Assembly (NCBI GenBank): GCA_963845565.1
Contig: CAWJSJ010000002.1
Location: 2,016,001-2,080,000, forward strand
DNA length: 64,000 nt
Reading direction: 5' to 3'
Source: an uncultured Methylomirabilota bacterium
GTDB lineage: Bacteria > Methylomirabilota > Methylomirabilia > Methylomirabilales > 2-02-FULL-66-22
Part shown: positions 12,622 through 23,650 of the stretch, piece after piece
How positions within the stretch are numbered: the stretch's first letter is position 1
Layout of the letters: each line of letters opens with the position of its first letter
Position numbers and translations under genes: made by a program
Notes under the pieces: model-generated
What the model saw: only the letters and a program-made list of their open reading frames with translations
Database searches by the model: none
What the model was told of the DNA's origin: nothing

Positions 12622-14439
12622 CTACGCGGGCTTCCCTTTGCGCTTGATGGCCGGTAGGACCTTCTTCCGCAGGCGGAAGGCCTTGGGCGTCACCTCCAGA
12701 AGCTCGTCCTCCCGGAGGAACTCCAGGGCCTGCTCCAGGCTCATGACGCGCGGAGGAATGAGGCGCACGGTGGCCTCGTCTGTCGAGGCCCGCATGTTGG
12801 TCTGTTTCTTTTCCTTGGTGATGTTGACGTCCATGTCGTTGTCACGGGAGTTCTCACCGACGATCATCCCCTCGTACACCTCGTCACCGGGTGCCAGGAA
12901 CATTTCTCCGCGCGCTTGAAGGTGCCCGATGGCATAGGCGGTGGACCGCCCCGGCCGGTCGGCGACGAGGGCGCCCGCGGCTCGGTGCGGGATATCCCCC
13001 TGCCAGGGCTCGTGCCCGTCGTAGAGGTGGTTCATGATCCCGGTACCGCGTGTCTCGGTGAGAAACTCGGTGCGGAAGCCGATCAGGCCGCGGGAGGGCA
13101 GGCGGAATTCCAGGCGGACCCGGCCGCTGCCGTGATTGACCATCTTGGTGATGCGCCCCCGGCGCACGCCGACCTTCTGGGTCACGACCCCGATATACAC
13201 CTCGGGGCAGTCCACCACCAGAAGCTCCATGGGCTCGTGCCGCTCGCCGTTGATCTGCCGGGTCAGCACCTCGGGCTTGCCCGCGGACAGCTCGTAGCCC
13301 TCCCGCCGCATCATCTCGATCAGAATGGCCAGCTGAAGCTCCCCGCGGCCGGAGATCTTGAAGGTGTCGGGGGTCTCTGTCTCTTCCATGCGGATGGAGA
13401 CATTGGAGAGCGTCTCGCGGTAGAGGCGGGCACGCAATTTCGGCGAGGTGACGTGCTGGCCGTCCCGCCCTGACATGGGGGAGTCGTTGATCGAGAACAG
13501 CATGGCGAGCGTGGGTTCGTCCACCTTGATGGGCGGCAGCGGCTGCGGCGTCTCCTTGTCCGAGACCGTCTCGCCGATGTTGGCGGCTTCGACGCCGGCC
13601 AGCGCGACGATGTCGCCCGGGCCCGCCTCTTCGATCTCCAGTCGGCGGAGGCCCTGGGTGCCATAGAGCTGGGTGACCTTCGACACGACCTGGCTGCCGT
13701 CCAGCCGGCAGAGGGTGACCTCCTGCCCCTTGCGCACGCGGCCGTTGAAGATCCGGCCGATGAGCAGGCGCCCCACGTAGTCGTCGTAGTCCAGGGAGGT
13801 GATCAGAAGCTGGAGCGGGGCGGCCGGGTCGAAGGTCGGCGCCGGGATGGTCTCGAGGATCTGGTCGAAGAGGGGAACAAGCGGCTGGTCGGGACCGTCC
13901 GGCGTCGTCCGGCACAACCCCTTGCGCGCATCGCAGTAGAAGACGGGAAAATCCAGCTGCGTCTCGCTGGCGTCCAGGTCGATGAACAGGTCGTAGACCT
14001 CGTCCAGCACCTCGGCCGTGCGGGCATCGGCGCGGTCGATCTTGTTGATCACCACGATGGGGGCCAGCTTGGACTCCAGCGCCTTGCGGAGGACGAAGCG
14101 CGTCTGCGGAAGCGGCCCCTCGCTGGCGTCCACCAGCAGGAGGACGCCGTCCACCATCTTGAGGGTGCGCTCCACCTCGCCGCCAAAGTCGGCGTGCCCG
14201 GGGGTGTCCACGATGTTGATATGGACCCCGCGATAGACGACGGACGTGTTCTTGGCCATGATGGTGATGCCCTTCTCCCGCTCCAGGTCGATGGAGTCCA
14301 TGACCCGCTCCATGACATTCTCGTTGGCGCGGAAGATGCCGCTTTGCCACAGCATGGCGTCCACCAGCGTGGTCTTGCCGTGATCCACGTGGGCGATGAT
14401 GGCGAGGTTGCGAATATCGGTGCGGGTCTCGTGTGACAT
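12622..14439 (-). CDS. typA: translational GTPase TypA/BipA
   Basis: [51 protein letters not shown]. Confidence 0.98.
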   Translation of the reverse strand: MSHETRTDIRNLAIIAHVDHGKTTLVDAMLWQSGIFRANENVMERVMDSIDLEREKGITIMAKNTSVVYRGVHINIVDTPGHADFGGEVERTLKMVDGVLLLVDASEGPLPQTRFVLRKALESKLAPIVVINKIDRADARTAEVLDEVYDLFIDLDASETQLDFPVFYCDARKGLCRTTPDGPDQPLVPLFDQILETIPAPTFDPAAPLQLLITSLDYDDYVGRLLIGRIFNGRVRKGQEVTLCRLDGSQVVSKVTQLYGTQGLRRLEIEEAGPGDIVALAGVEAANIGETVSDKETPQPLPPIKVDEPTLAMLFSINDSPMSGRDGQHVTSPKLRARLYRETLSNVSIRMEETETPDTFKISGRGELQLAILIEMMRREGYELSAGKPEVLTRQINGERHEPMELLVVDCPEVYIGVVTQKVGVRRGRITKMVNHGSGRVRLEFRLPSRGLIGFRTEFLTETRGTGIMNHLYDGHEPWQGDIPHRAAGALVADRPGRSTAYAIGHLQARGEMFLAPGDEVYEGMIVGENSRDNDMDVNITKEKKQTNMRASTDEATVRLIPPRVMSLEQALEFLREDELLEVTPKAFRLRKKVLPAIKRKGKPA

Positions 14440-14551
14440 CGGGTCCTGCCTCTGTCCTGCCGGAATGCCTCCGGGAAAAGCAAAACGCCGCGAGGGTCTT
14501 GGTCCTCGCGGCATCATGGTTTGTCGTCTCCTACCGTCGGAACCCGAAAGC

Positions 14552-14580
14552 AGTATAGGCGGATTGGCCGTCAAGGTCAA
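14552..14580 (-). promoter_or_regulatory. sigma70-type promoter for typA
   Basis: Minus strand TTGACC-17 nt-TATACT. Confidence 0.65.
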
Positions 14581-14602
14581 GGTTACGAAGAGCGGCCGCC
14601 GG

Positions 14603-15913
14603 TCAGAACACGAGCGTCTCGCAGAGGCGGGTGCCGAAGAGCTCCTTGGGGCGGTTGAAGTAGCCGATCTCGACCTGGGGGAACTCGCGGCGGATGGCGC
14701 GGCACACCGCGCGGATGCCGACGCACTTCCCGCGGGCGGGCGGGACGGTGCGGAGATACAGCTCGGGATCGATGCTCAGGTTTCGCATCTGGACCATGTC
14801 GGCGTGCGTCTCGCGGATGAGGCCGAGAAAGGCCTCCAGTTCCTCCTCCCGGTCGGTCACGCCGGGGAAGACGAGGTAGTTGAGCGTGGTGTACAGGCCC
14901 GACTCCTTGGCCACCCGGATGCCCTCCCGGACGTCTTCCCAGCGATAGGAGCGGGGCAGGTAGTACGAGGTGTAGGTCGGCCCCAGCGCGCTGTTGAGGC
15001 TGATCCGCATGCTGTCCAGTCCGGCGCGCGCGATCTGCTCCACTCGGCGGGGGAGGCTGCCGTTGGTGTTGCAGTTGATCGTCCCGCGGTCGGTGGCCTG
15101 CCGGATGCGGCGAGCGGCCTCGGCGATCACGTCGGCCAGCAGGAGCGGCTCGCCCTCGCATCCCTGGCCGAAGCTGACGATGGCCTCGGGCACCGTGGTG
15201 AGGAACGGCAGCGCTACCTCTACCACGTGGTCGGCGGTGGGCGCGTAGCGAATCCGGTCGTGGGAGGAGGCGCAGGCCGTGGACGGCTGCCACGACAGGC
15301 AACCGACGCAGGCCGAGTTGCAGCTATTGGCGACGGGGAGCGGCGCCTCCCAGCGGCCCAGAAAAAGATTCTTGGCCGCCAGGCAGTGGTATTCGGTGGC
15401 GCAGCGGGCGAGCTGGGTGAGGATCGGATTGTCCCCGTGCCCCTTGAGCCGCGCCTTCATCCGGGGCAAGAGCTCCCGGTCGTCGTAGTGCTCCGCGGCG
15501 GAATGGTCCATGGGATCGGTCCGCAGGGCGGCAGCCGCGAAGGCCTCGCCGTCCCAGCCAACGGCGGTGTAGGACCAGAGCGGAAGCGGGGGTTGGCGGG
15601 TGGAATACGCAGCCGCGGGCAGAAGCGTCCTGGTGTACCCCGGAGGAAGGAATGCCGCCACGGTGTTGCAGGCGAAACGCCGACCGCCGATCTGGACGCG
15701 CGGGACCGGGCGAAAGTTCCGCTGCCGCGGATCCCACGCCACCGGCTGGCTTCCGGGCATGCTGAACAGCTTGGTTCCCTCGGGCAAGCGCAGGAGGTCC
15801 TCGGGGGGCACCGGTACCACGTCGGGCCCCGACCGCCCGGCCAGTTCCAGGTAGGGATGGTCGAGAATCTGCCCTTCGGGATCGGCGACGACCAGTCGTG
15901 GGGAAACAGCCAT
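14603..15913 (-). CDS. radical SAM protein of unknown function
   Basis: CNSACVGC motif, [25 protein letters not shown]. Confidence 0.9.
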   Translation of the reverse strand: MAVSPRLVVADPEGQILDHPYLELAGRSGPDVVPVPPEDLLRLPEGTKLFSMPGSQPVAWDPRQRNFRPVPRVQIGGRRFACNTVAAFLPPGYTRTLLPAAAYSTRQPPLPLWSYTAVGWDGEAFAAAALRTDPMDHSAAEHYDDRELLPRMKARLKGHGDNPILTQLARCATEYHCLAAKNLFLGRWEAPLPVANSCNSACVGCLSWQPSTACASSHDRIRYAPTADHVVEVALPFLTTVPEAIVSFGQGCEGEPLLLADVIAEAARRIRQATDRGTINCNTNGSLPRRVEQIARAGLDSMRISLNSALGPTYTSYYLPRSYRWEDVREGIRVAKESGLYTTLNYLVFPGVTDREEELEAFLGLIRETHADMVQMRNLSIDPELYLRTVPPARGKCVGIRAVCRAIRREFPQVEIGYFNRPKELFGTRLCETLVF

Positions 15914-16150
15914 ACGAGAACTCCACTCGTTACGCAGCGCGGGTCGGTCACCATTCGGGTGGGAGGTCAACCCGCACGGAGTATAGCCCCGCAGGCGCGC
16001 CGCAGCAACTGCAGGACCCGCGCGCGCGGTCCGCGACACCTTGGATTCTCTGCGTCCGGCCGCGGAAAGGGGATTGTGGGGGCGCGGACAGGGTGGTATA
16101 TTTCCGCGACGACGCTCGCGGCACCGGGTGGGATGCCGAGAAGGAGTGTT

Positions 16151-16402
16151 ATGGGCCGCTTACAAGGGAAGCGTTCATCGCCGCGCCTGTCGGACGAGGA
16201 GCTGGAGTATTTCGGCGAGTTGTACCTCAGCCGTGGGATCCGGCAGGCCGGCGTGGCGTTCGAACACTTTCTCGCCGATCCCGAGTACTACCTTGCCAAG
16301 TATCCCGAGAGGGATGCACGTCCCGACGGCAACGGCGACCGGCGCAAGGGGCTCCGACAGTTTTTCCGCCTGCGTCCGGCGACCCGGACCCCATCCCGAT
16401 AA
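16151..16402 (+). CDS. small hypothetical protein (83 aa)
   Basis: AAGGAG RBS then ATG; protein-like core LSDEELEYFGELYLSRGIRQAGVAFEHFLADPEYYL. Confidence 0.6.
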   Translation: MGRLQGKRSSPRLSDEELEYFGELYLSRGIRQAGVAFEHFLADPEYYLAKYPERDARPDGNGDRRKGLRQFFRLRPATRTPSR

Positions 16403-16477
16403 TCCCCACGAGGACGGCGGCGCCTCCTGCGAACGCCTGAAAACTCAACGCCCCTCCGATCCGTACACCCAAAGCGG

Positions 16478-18241
16478 TCACTCATCGCTGCGGGACGGGG
16501 TCCCGCCGGATGCGATTCCTTGTCGCGTTTGCCCGAACAGTTCGGCATGGACCCGCTCGCGCTCGCTGTCGATCTGATCGGGCGTGGCGCCCAACCGGTG
16601 GAGGATGGCTTCCGTCAGCGCCAGGGCCACCTCGCCCTCACCGGAGAAGGCGAGTTCCGCGCCCGCCTGGTGCAGCGCAGCCAGTTCCTGCAGATGCGTC
16701 GCGCGGGCCAGGACCGACACCGTGGGGTTCAACTCACGGGCGAGGCGGATCAGCTCGTCGGCCCCGGATATCGCGGACGCGCTGAGGATCAGACTCCCCG
16801 CCTGGGCGACTCCCGCCGCTTGCAAGACATCCCGCTTCCGCGCGTCGCCGTAGACGGCGGTCAGTCCCTCCTCTCGGACGCGGCGCACCGTCTCGAGATT
16901 CAGCTCCACGATGACCGGCTCGATGGCATTGTCCCGGAGCAGCCGCGCGACGGTTCGTCCGACAGGCCCGTACCCCACGATCACGGCGCGGTGAGGAGCG
17001 CCCGGGGTCGGCCGTTCTTGCCCGGCCGCGTCCGGCTCCTCGCGCGATCGCGCGCGGTGCATGCGGCGCGACCACCACGCGGCTGCGGGCTCGACGAGCC
17101 GGTAGAGGAGCGGGTTGATGGTGATCGAGAGCACGGCGGCGGTCACGATGGCGTGCGTCGCGGCGGCCGGCAGGATGCCCAGTTGCGTTCCCAGCAGGGC
17201 GAGCAGGAACGAGAATTCCCCGATCTGCGCCAGCGCGACCGCGACGGCCAGGGCCAGCCGCACCGGGTAGCGGAGGAGGAGCACGATACCCAGCGCCGCC
17301 AGCGGCTTCCCGATCAGGATCACGGCCAGGGTTCCCGCGAGCAGCGCGGGTGCGTCCAGGAGGTGACCGGGATCCACCAGCATCCCCACGGAGACGAAGA
17401 ACAGGACGGCGAAGGCGTCGCGCATGGGCAGCGCCTCGGACGCCGCCCGCAGGCTGAAGTCCGACCGTCCGACGACCAGCCCCGCCAGAAACGCCCCCAG
17501 CGCCACCGAGACGCCAAAGACCTTCGCCGATCCCACCGCGATGCCGAGCGCCAGAACCAGGACCGTGAGGGTGAAGAGCTCCCGCGCGCCGGTGGCGGCG
17601 ACGCGCTCGAGCAGCCACGGGATCAGCCGGTCGCCGACCAGCAGTGTGACGACGACCAGCGTTCCGATCAGCAGGGCCGTGCGCCCGACGACGGAGAAGA
17701 TGTGCGCCGGCCCGGTCGCCGCGCCGCCGACCAGAGCGGGCAAGAGGGCGAGGATCACCACCGTGAAGAGGTCCTCGACCACCAGCCAGCCCACCGCCAC
17801 GTGGCCCGTCGGCGTGTGAAGATCGCGATGATCCGCCAGCACGCGGACGAGCACGACCGTGCTCGCCACGGACAGGCACAGACCGAACACGAGGCCGGCC
17901 GTCCAGTCCCAGCCCAGGGCCCGGACGATCAGGGCCGCCGAGCCCGTCGCGACCAGGCTCTGCACCAGTGCACCGGGAATGGCGACGCGCCGAACGGCCC
18001 ACAGTTCGCGCAACTGGAAGTGCAGCCCCACGCCGAACATCAGCAGGATGACGCCGATCTCCGCGAACTGTTCCGCCAGGTGGCGATCTGCGACGAAGCC
18101 CGGCGTGTGTGGCCCGACGACGATGCCGGCCAGCAGATACCCCACGATGGGCGATAGGCCGAGCCGGTGGGTGACATACCCGAGCACGAGCGCGGCCGTC
18201 AGGCTGCCGGTCAGCGTGACGATCAGGTCGAGGTTCGGCAT
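16478..18241 (-). CDS. CPA2 cation:proton antiporter with TrkA-N domain (YbaL/Kef-like)
   Basis: IVGYLLAGIVVGPHTPG, AEIGVILLMFGVGL, LAQIGEFSF, VGYGPVG. Confidence 0.93.
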   Translation of the reverse strand: MPNLDLIVTLTGSLTAALVLGYVTHRLGLSPIVGYLLAGIVVGPHTPGFVADRHLAEQFAEIGVILLMFGVGLHFQLRELWAVRRVAIPGALVQSLVATGSAALIVRALGWDWTAGLVFGLCLSVASTVVLVRVLADHRDLHTPTGHVAVGWLVVEDLFTVVILALLPALVGGAATGPAHIFSVVGRTALLIGTLVVVTLLVGDRLIPWLLERVAATGARELFTLTVLVLALGIAVGSAKVFGVSVALGAFLAGLVVGRSDFSLRAASEALPMRDAFAVLFFVSVGMLVDPGHLLDAPALLAGTLAVILIGKPLAALGIVLLLRYPVRLALAVAVALAQIGEFSFLLALLGTQLGILPAAATHAIVTAAVLSITINPLLYRLVEPAAAWWSRRMHRARSREEPDAAGQERPTPGAPHRAVIVGYGPVGRTVARLLRDNAIEPVIVELNLETVRRVREEGLTAVYGDARKRDVLQAAGVAQAGSLILSASAISGADELIRLARELNPTVSVLARATHLQELAALHQAGAELAFSGEGEVALALTEAILHRLGATPDQIDSERERVHAELFGQTRQGIASGGTPSRSDE

Positions 18242-18618
18242 CCGGGACTCCATTGAAGGGCCATCACGTGGTCACGAAGAATCATTGTAGCCTCCGATGA
18301 CGGATCACGAAAGAGGGAGGGAGCCGTTGTGCTAGCCACTCTGGCCCGGCGGCCTCGGCCCTCGGCGTCTTGACACGGCAGGGCGTTCGGCGTAGCGTTT
18401 GATCCTGATCCGGAAAACAGCGCCAGTTTTCCAAGAAACGACGAGCTGGACGGTGAAGCAGTTTTCTTGGATCAGAGTGGATTCCAGCGGGAAAGCTACA
18501 TGGGCAGCAGAGACCGACCGCACCCGGACGAGATGTTGCAGCATTCGACGAGCACGAGGGAAGGGATCAGATAGTCAGGGGCTGCCGTCGCAGGGCGTTG
18601 TTAGCATATATTTCAGGC

Positions 18619-18665
18619 TCTAACCCGGACCACTTGTGACGTGTTTATGGATAGTCCGGGTTAGA
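18619..18665. repeat. 12-bp inverted-repeat mini element
   Basis: TCTAACCCGGAC ... GTCCGGGTTAGA. Confidence 0.6.
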
Positions 18666-18845
18666 AGTCTCCGGGTGTCTTGAGGAGACCGTTTCCAGCG
18701 GAAAGGCGAATGGAGTCACGGAGCCTTCGTCCGGAGGACACGGCTGGCAATCACCTCCTACTGCGCGCCGACACGTACGCAGGGAGGGTGGAGGCAGAGG
18801 CAAGCAGAGTGAGGAAACGGGCGATGCAGTAAGAAGGCAATTCCG

Positions 18846-18930
18846 GAGGACGGTTCCAGGACCGATACCCAGCCGCTCCGGAGCGCTTCGGGATCGTGAC
18901 CTGCCCCCGTTCTGTCACCACAGCCTTCAT
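18846..18930 (-). pseudogene. truncated AbrB/MazE/SpoVT-family DNA-binding gene
   Basis: AGGAGGAGG RBS, then MKAVVTERGQVTIPK and, after indels, (A)LRERLGIGPGTVL; similarity then stops. Confidence 0.7.
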
Positions 18931-19163
18931 GAATACCTCCTCCTAAACGCTGTTACAGGTGTGGATTCTGTTCCGCGGATGCATACTATGCAATACATAT
19001 CTCATCACAGTGAAAGTTCCTGCCGTCTATCGGACTCGACACTCCAAACCATTCAAGCGATAATGGCAATCGCGCAGGGCCGCACGGGCGACGGGGAAAA
19101 GGATTCCAGTCGTTCCCGCGCACACGGGAGAGTTCGCAGGGCAGTCTCGAGGCGGAAAAGCGA

Positions 19164-21412
19164 ATGCCTTCCCACGGTTCATCCGCCGGCTCAGGCGGAG
19201 GCAATCATCTCCAGCTACGGGCCGATGCGTACGCGACGATCGAGGGGGCGGTCGCCCGCATCACCTATGTGAGCGAGGAGACGCAGTACGTCGTCGCCCG
19301 CCTGGATGTCCCCGGCAGGCCCGACCCCGTCACCATCGTCGGCACCGTCCTGAGTCTCACCCCCGGGGAGACGCTCCGCGTCCACGGGCGGTGGTCCCAC
19401 CACCCGAAATTCGGCGAGCAGTTCAAGGTCGAGCGGTACGAATCCATCGTCCCCGCCACCGTCGCCGGCATCCAGAAGTACCTCGGCTCCGGCATGATCA
19501 AGGGGATCGGGCCCGTCTTCGCGAAGCGGCTGGTCGAGGCCTTCGGCGAGGAGACGCTCAGGATCATCGAGGAGACGCCCGGAAGGCTGGGCGAGATCGC
19601 AGGCATCGGGCCGATCCGGCAGCAGCGCATCACGACCGCCTGGGCGGAGCAGCGCGAGATCCGCGAGGTGATGCTCTTCCTCCAGGGGCACGGCGTCTCC
19701 CCGGCGTATGCGGTCAAGATCTTCAAGACCTACGGCCAGGCGGCCATCGCCACGGTCCGGGAGAATCCGTACCGGCTCGCCCGGGACATCCGGGGGATCG
19801 GGTTCAAGACGGCGGACAAGATCGCGCGCGAGCTGGGGATTCCCACGGATTCGCCGCTCCGCGCCGCCGCGGGCATCCTGCACACGCTGAACGAGCTGAC
19901 CGATGAAGGCCACGTCTATGTGCCGGAGGGGGAGTTACTGCATGCGGCGGAGGAGACGCTCGAGATCCCGGCGGCTCTCCTGCCGGATGCCCTTGCCGCC
20001 CTGGCCGCCGACGAGGCGGTGGTCGTCGAGCCGCTCCCCGCGCGGGCCGCGCGGTGTACCTCGCCGGGCTCCACGTGTCCGAGACCCAGCTCGCGCGTCG
20101 GGTCGAAGATCTCCTCCGGGCGCCCCGCACGGTGCCGCCGATCGACATGGATCAAGCGCTGCCCTGGGTCGAGGAGAAGACCGGGCTTGCCTTGACCGAG
20201 GAACAGCGCCAGGCGGTCCGGCTGGCATTCCAGGAGAAGCTGCTCATCCTCACGGGCGGCCCCGGAACGGGGAAGACGACGATTCTTCAGGCGGTGATCC
20301 GGCTCCTGGAGGCGAAACGGCTCCGGATGCATCTCGCCTCGCCCACGGGGCGCGCCGCGAAGCGGCTGGCCGAGGTGACCGGGCACGAGGCGAGCACGCT
20401 CCACCGGCTGCTGGAATGGAATCCGCGCCAAGGGGGGTTCCAGCGGAATGCCCGGAATCCGCTCGAGACGGACGTTGTCGTGGTGGACGAGGCCTCGATG
20501 ATTGACCTCGTGCTCGCACACCACCTGTTCCAGGCGATCCCCCTCACCGCCACGCTCCTCCTGGTGGGCGACGCGGATCAGCTTCCCTCGGTGGGGCCGG
20601 GGACAGTCCTGCGGGACCTCCTGAGTGCGCCAAGCGTCCCGGCCATCCGCCTGACGACGATCTTCCGGCAGGCGGCGCAGAGCCGGATCGTCGCGAACGC
20701 CCATCGGGTGAACCGGGGTGAGTTTCCGGACCTCTCGGCCGCCGGCGCGGGACCCACGCAGGACTTCTTTTTTCTCCCGGAAGAGGAGCCGGAGAAGCTC
20801 CAGCAGCTCATCGTGGACCTGGCACAGCGGCGCCTCCCGGGTCGGTACGGGCTGGATCCCCTGGCCGACATCCAGGTTCTCACCCCCATGCATCGTGGGC
20901 CGATCGGGGCCGGGCAGTTGAACGCGGCCCTCCAGGCGGCATTGAATCCCCCAAAGACGGGGGCCACCGAGCTTCTGCGGGGCGGGCGGATCTTCCGCGC
21001 GGGGGACCGGGTGCTCCAAACCCGGAACAACTACGATCAGGCTGTTTACAACGGCGATCTGGGCCGGATCACCGCCATCGCCCCGACGGACCAGACGGTC
21101 ATGGTGCAGATTGACGACCGGGAGGTGTCATACGATTTCAGCGATCTCGATGAGCTCACCCTGGCCTACGCCATGACCGTCCACAAGAGCCAGGGATCGG
21201 AATACCCCTGCGTGATCCTGGCGATGCACACCACGCACTACCCGATGCTGCAGCGGAATCTTCTCTACACCGCACTCACCCGGGCCAAGCGGCTGCTCGT
21301 GGTCGTCGGCACCAAGAAGGCGATCGCCATCGCCGCGAAGAACGACGCCATCCGCCGCCGGTACTCGCGGCTGACGGAGCGGCTGGATGTCCCGGGCGGA
21401 AACCGTGGCTGA
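19164..21412 (+). CDS. recD2: ATP-dependent RecD2-like DNA helicase (frameshift near 20050)
   Basis: YLGSGMIKGIGP and GIGFKTADKIA in the N-terminal half; GGPGTGKT, DEASM, GDADQLPSVG, TVHKSQGSEY in the C-terminal half. Confidence 0.93.
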
Positions 21413-21530
21413 CTGGTCGGGCTGCAGGCTGTTCTTGACACCTATGAACCTGCCGGGATAGGATACACCAGTTTTCAAGCTCTTTCTGAACCAGATCATC
21501 ATGGCGGATCCCTGAAAGGAGGGTACTCGA

Positions 21531-21800
21531 ATGCGGAACGGGTTGCGGATGGCGGTGCTCGCGGTGGGGTTGTTTGCGCTCCTGTCGGCCTGCTCGGCGC
21601 GAACGCAGCTGGCCATGGAAGAAACCAAGAAGAACGGCGCGCATTTCGCGACGTGGAACCACATGGGCTATTCGGTGAATCGCGGGACGCCCGAGACGAC
21701 CACGAAGGGCGATATCGCGATCGCCAAGGCGGATCAGTGTCTGCCGTCTCAGACCTGCGCCTGGTGGGGTGAGCCGGTCAAGGTTCAGCCGATCCAGTAG
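21531..21800 (+). CDS. small lipoprotein
   Basis: AGGAGG RBS, lipobox LLSAC, HFATWNHMGYS...WWGEPV. Confidence 0.75.
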   Translation: MRNGLRMAVLAVGLFALLSACSARTQLAMEETKKNGAHFATWNHMGYSVNRGTPETTTKGDIAIAKADQCLPSQTCAWWGEPVKVQPIQ

Positions 21801-21829
21801 CCGGCGGCCGGAAGCGGCGAGTGAAGTCC

Positions 21830-21863
21830 AGGGGGGAAACCTGAGCCAGGTTTCCCCCCTTTT
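21830..21863 (+). terminator. intrinsic terminator
   Basis: AGGGGGGAAACCTG agc CAGGTTTCCCCCCT followed by T-run. Confidence 0.8.
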
Positions 21864-21894
21864 GCATTTGGGGAGGCGGTAGGCGGAGGCGGCC

Positions 21895-23280
21895 ATGCAG
21901 ACGCGAACGGAGCGGGATGCGCTGGGAGAACGGGCGGTTCCAGCGGATGCCTACTACGGCATTCAGACGGCGCGCGCGATGGAGAATTTCCCGATCAGCG
22001 GGCTGCGGGCCCACCCGGCGCTGATCGTCGCCACGACCCAGGTGAAGCTGGCCGCCGCTCAGGCGAACGTGGCGCTCGGCCGGTTGAGCCCGACCATCGG
22101 GAACGCCATCGCGGCGGCGGCGCGGGAGATCATCGGAGGGCGCTGGCACGAGCAGTTTCCGGTGGACGTGTACCAGGCGGGTGCGGGGACCTCTCACAAC
22201 ATGAACGTCAACGAGGTGCTCGCCAACCGGGCGCTGGAACTCCTCGGGGAGCCGCGCGGCCGGTACGCCGTGGTCCACCCCAACGACCACGTCAACATGG
22301 GGCAGTCCACCAACGATGTCTTTCCCACCGCCATGCGGTTGGCCGCCCTGGCCCGGTTGCATTCGCTGCTCCAGGCCCTGGACGGGCTGGAGAGCGCCTT
22401 CCGGGAGCGCAGCCGAGCCTTTGACGGCGTAATGAAGGCCGGGCGGACCCATCTCCAGGACGCTACCCCGATCCGCCTCGGACAGGAGTTCGGCGGCTAT
22501 GCCACGGCGATCGTTGCCCACCTGGCGATCATCGGCGAGGCGCGGCCGACGTTCCGGTCGCTCGGGCTGGGAGGAACGGCGGTGGGCACCGGGCTGAACA
22601 CCCACCCGGATTACCGGCGCCTGGTGACGGCCACGCTGTCCGACCTCACCGGCGAATCGCTGGTGGCCGCCCCCGACCCGTTCGACGCCATGCAAAGCAT
22701 GCGACCGTTTGCGGCGTTGTCCGGGGCCCTTCGCGCCTTGACCCTGGATCTGATCCGGATCTGCAACGACCTCCGCCTACTGGCGTCGGGGCCGCGGACG
22801 GGTCTGGCAGAGATTCTCTTGCCCGCGGTCCAACCCGGCTCCTCCATCATGCCGGGCAAGGTCAACCCGGTGATGGCCGAGATGCTGACCATGGTCTGCT
22901 TCCAGGTGGTCGGCCACGATCTGACGATCGCCATGGCGACGCAAGCTGGACAGTTGGAATTGAACGTCATGATGCCGGTCATCGCCCACGCCCTGCTCCA
23001 ATCGGTGGACATCCTGGCCAGCGGGATCGCCGCATTTACCAGTCGCTGCGTCAGCGGGATTCGGGTGGACGGCGAGCGGTGCCTCCGGTACGCGGAGGAG
23101 ACCGTAGCCTTGGCGACCGCCTTGAGTCCGCGGATCGGGTACGATCGCGCGGCACTCTTGGCAAAGGAGGCGTGGACCAGCGGCCAGACGGTGCGCGAGG
23201 TGGCGCTGAAGCAGGGAATCCTGACGCCGGCGGAGCTCGAAGAGTTGCTCAACCCGCGGCGGATGACGGAGCCGGGGTAG
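21895..23280 (+). CDS. aspA: aspartate ammonia-lyase (fumarase/aspartase superfamily)
   Basis: QAGAGTSHNMNVNEV, GRTHLQDATP, GSSIMPGKVNPV. Confidence 0.85.
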   Translation: MQTRTERDALGERAVPADAYYGIQTARAMENFPISGLRAHPALIVATTQVKLAAAQANVALGRLSPTIGNAIAAAAREIIGGRWHEQFPVDVYQAGAGTSHNMNVNEVLANRALELLGEPRGRYAVVHPNDHVNMGQSTNDVFPTAMRLAALARLHSLLQALDGLESAFRERSRAFDGVMKAGRTHLQDATPIRLGQEFGGYATAIVAHLAIIGEARPTFRSLGLGGTAVGTGLNTHPDYRRLVTATLSDLTGESLVAAPDPFDAMQSMRPFAALSGALRALTLDLIRICNDLRLLASGPRTGLAEILLPAVQPGSSIMPGKVNPVMAEMLTMVCFQVVGHDLTIAMATQAGQLELNVMMPVIAHALLQSVDILASGIAAFTSRCVSGIRVDGERCLRYAEETVALATALSPRIGYDRAALLAKEAWTSGQTVREVALKQGILTPAELEELLNPRRMTEPG

Positions 23281-23650
23281 ACAGAGGAGCAGAGAGCTGA
23301 AGTACAGCTGGCAGCGGGCAGCCAGCAGAAGGCAGCGACCAGAGGGGTAAGAGGGCGGATGGCGTTAGGCGTGAGACGTTAGGTGTGGGTGGGAGGTGGC
23401 ACAGGGACAAGCGTAGACGACAGACGACCTATCCTTTCTTCCTCCAGGCTGCTTTCGCTCTGGTATCCGTGCCACTCCTCGCTTGGCCCTCCCGGATCAA
23501 CGAGACCTCGGTGAAACCCTCAGGCAACCGGGCCTTCTGTGGGCCTGGTGCCTCACGTGCTGAAACGTTCGGGTTGAAGCGGCCCGGTTAGGCTGGTAGC
23601 ATCCTTCTCGACGAGCGGGTGTCGGCGGAGGGCGGTCGCGACGTGACACG

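Noticed and set aside
18898..18925. TGACCTGCCCCC resembling an IS3-family end
   Set aside because: It is the reverse strand of the AbrB-like coding sequence (ERGQVTIP). No transposase or partner IR is present.
23430..23650. Glycine or cobalamin riboswitch before the radical SAM gene
   Set aside because: Only a CCCTCAGGC fragment and one 9-bp IR; the other conserved elements are missing.
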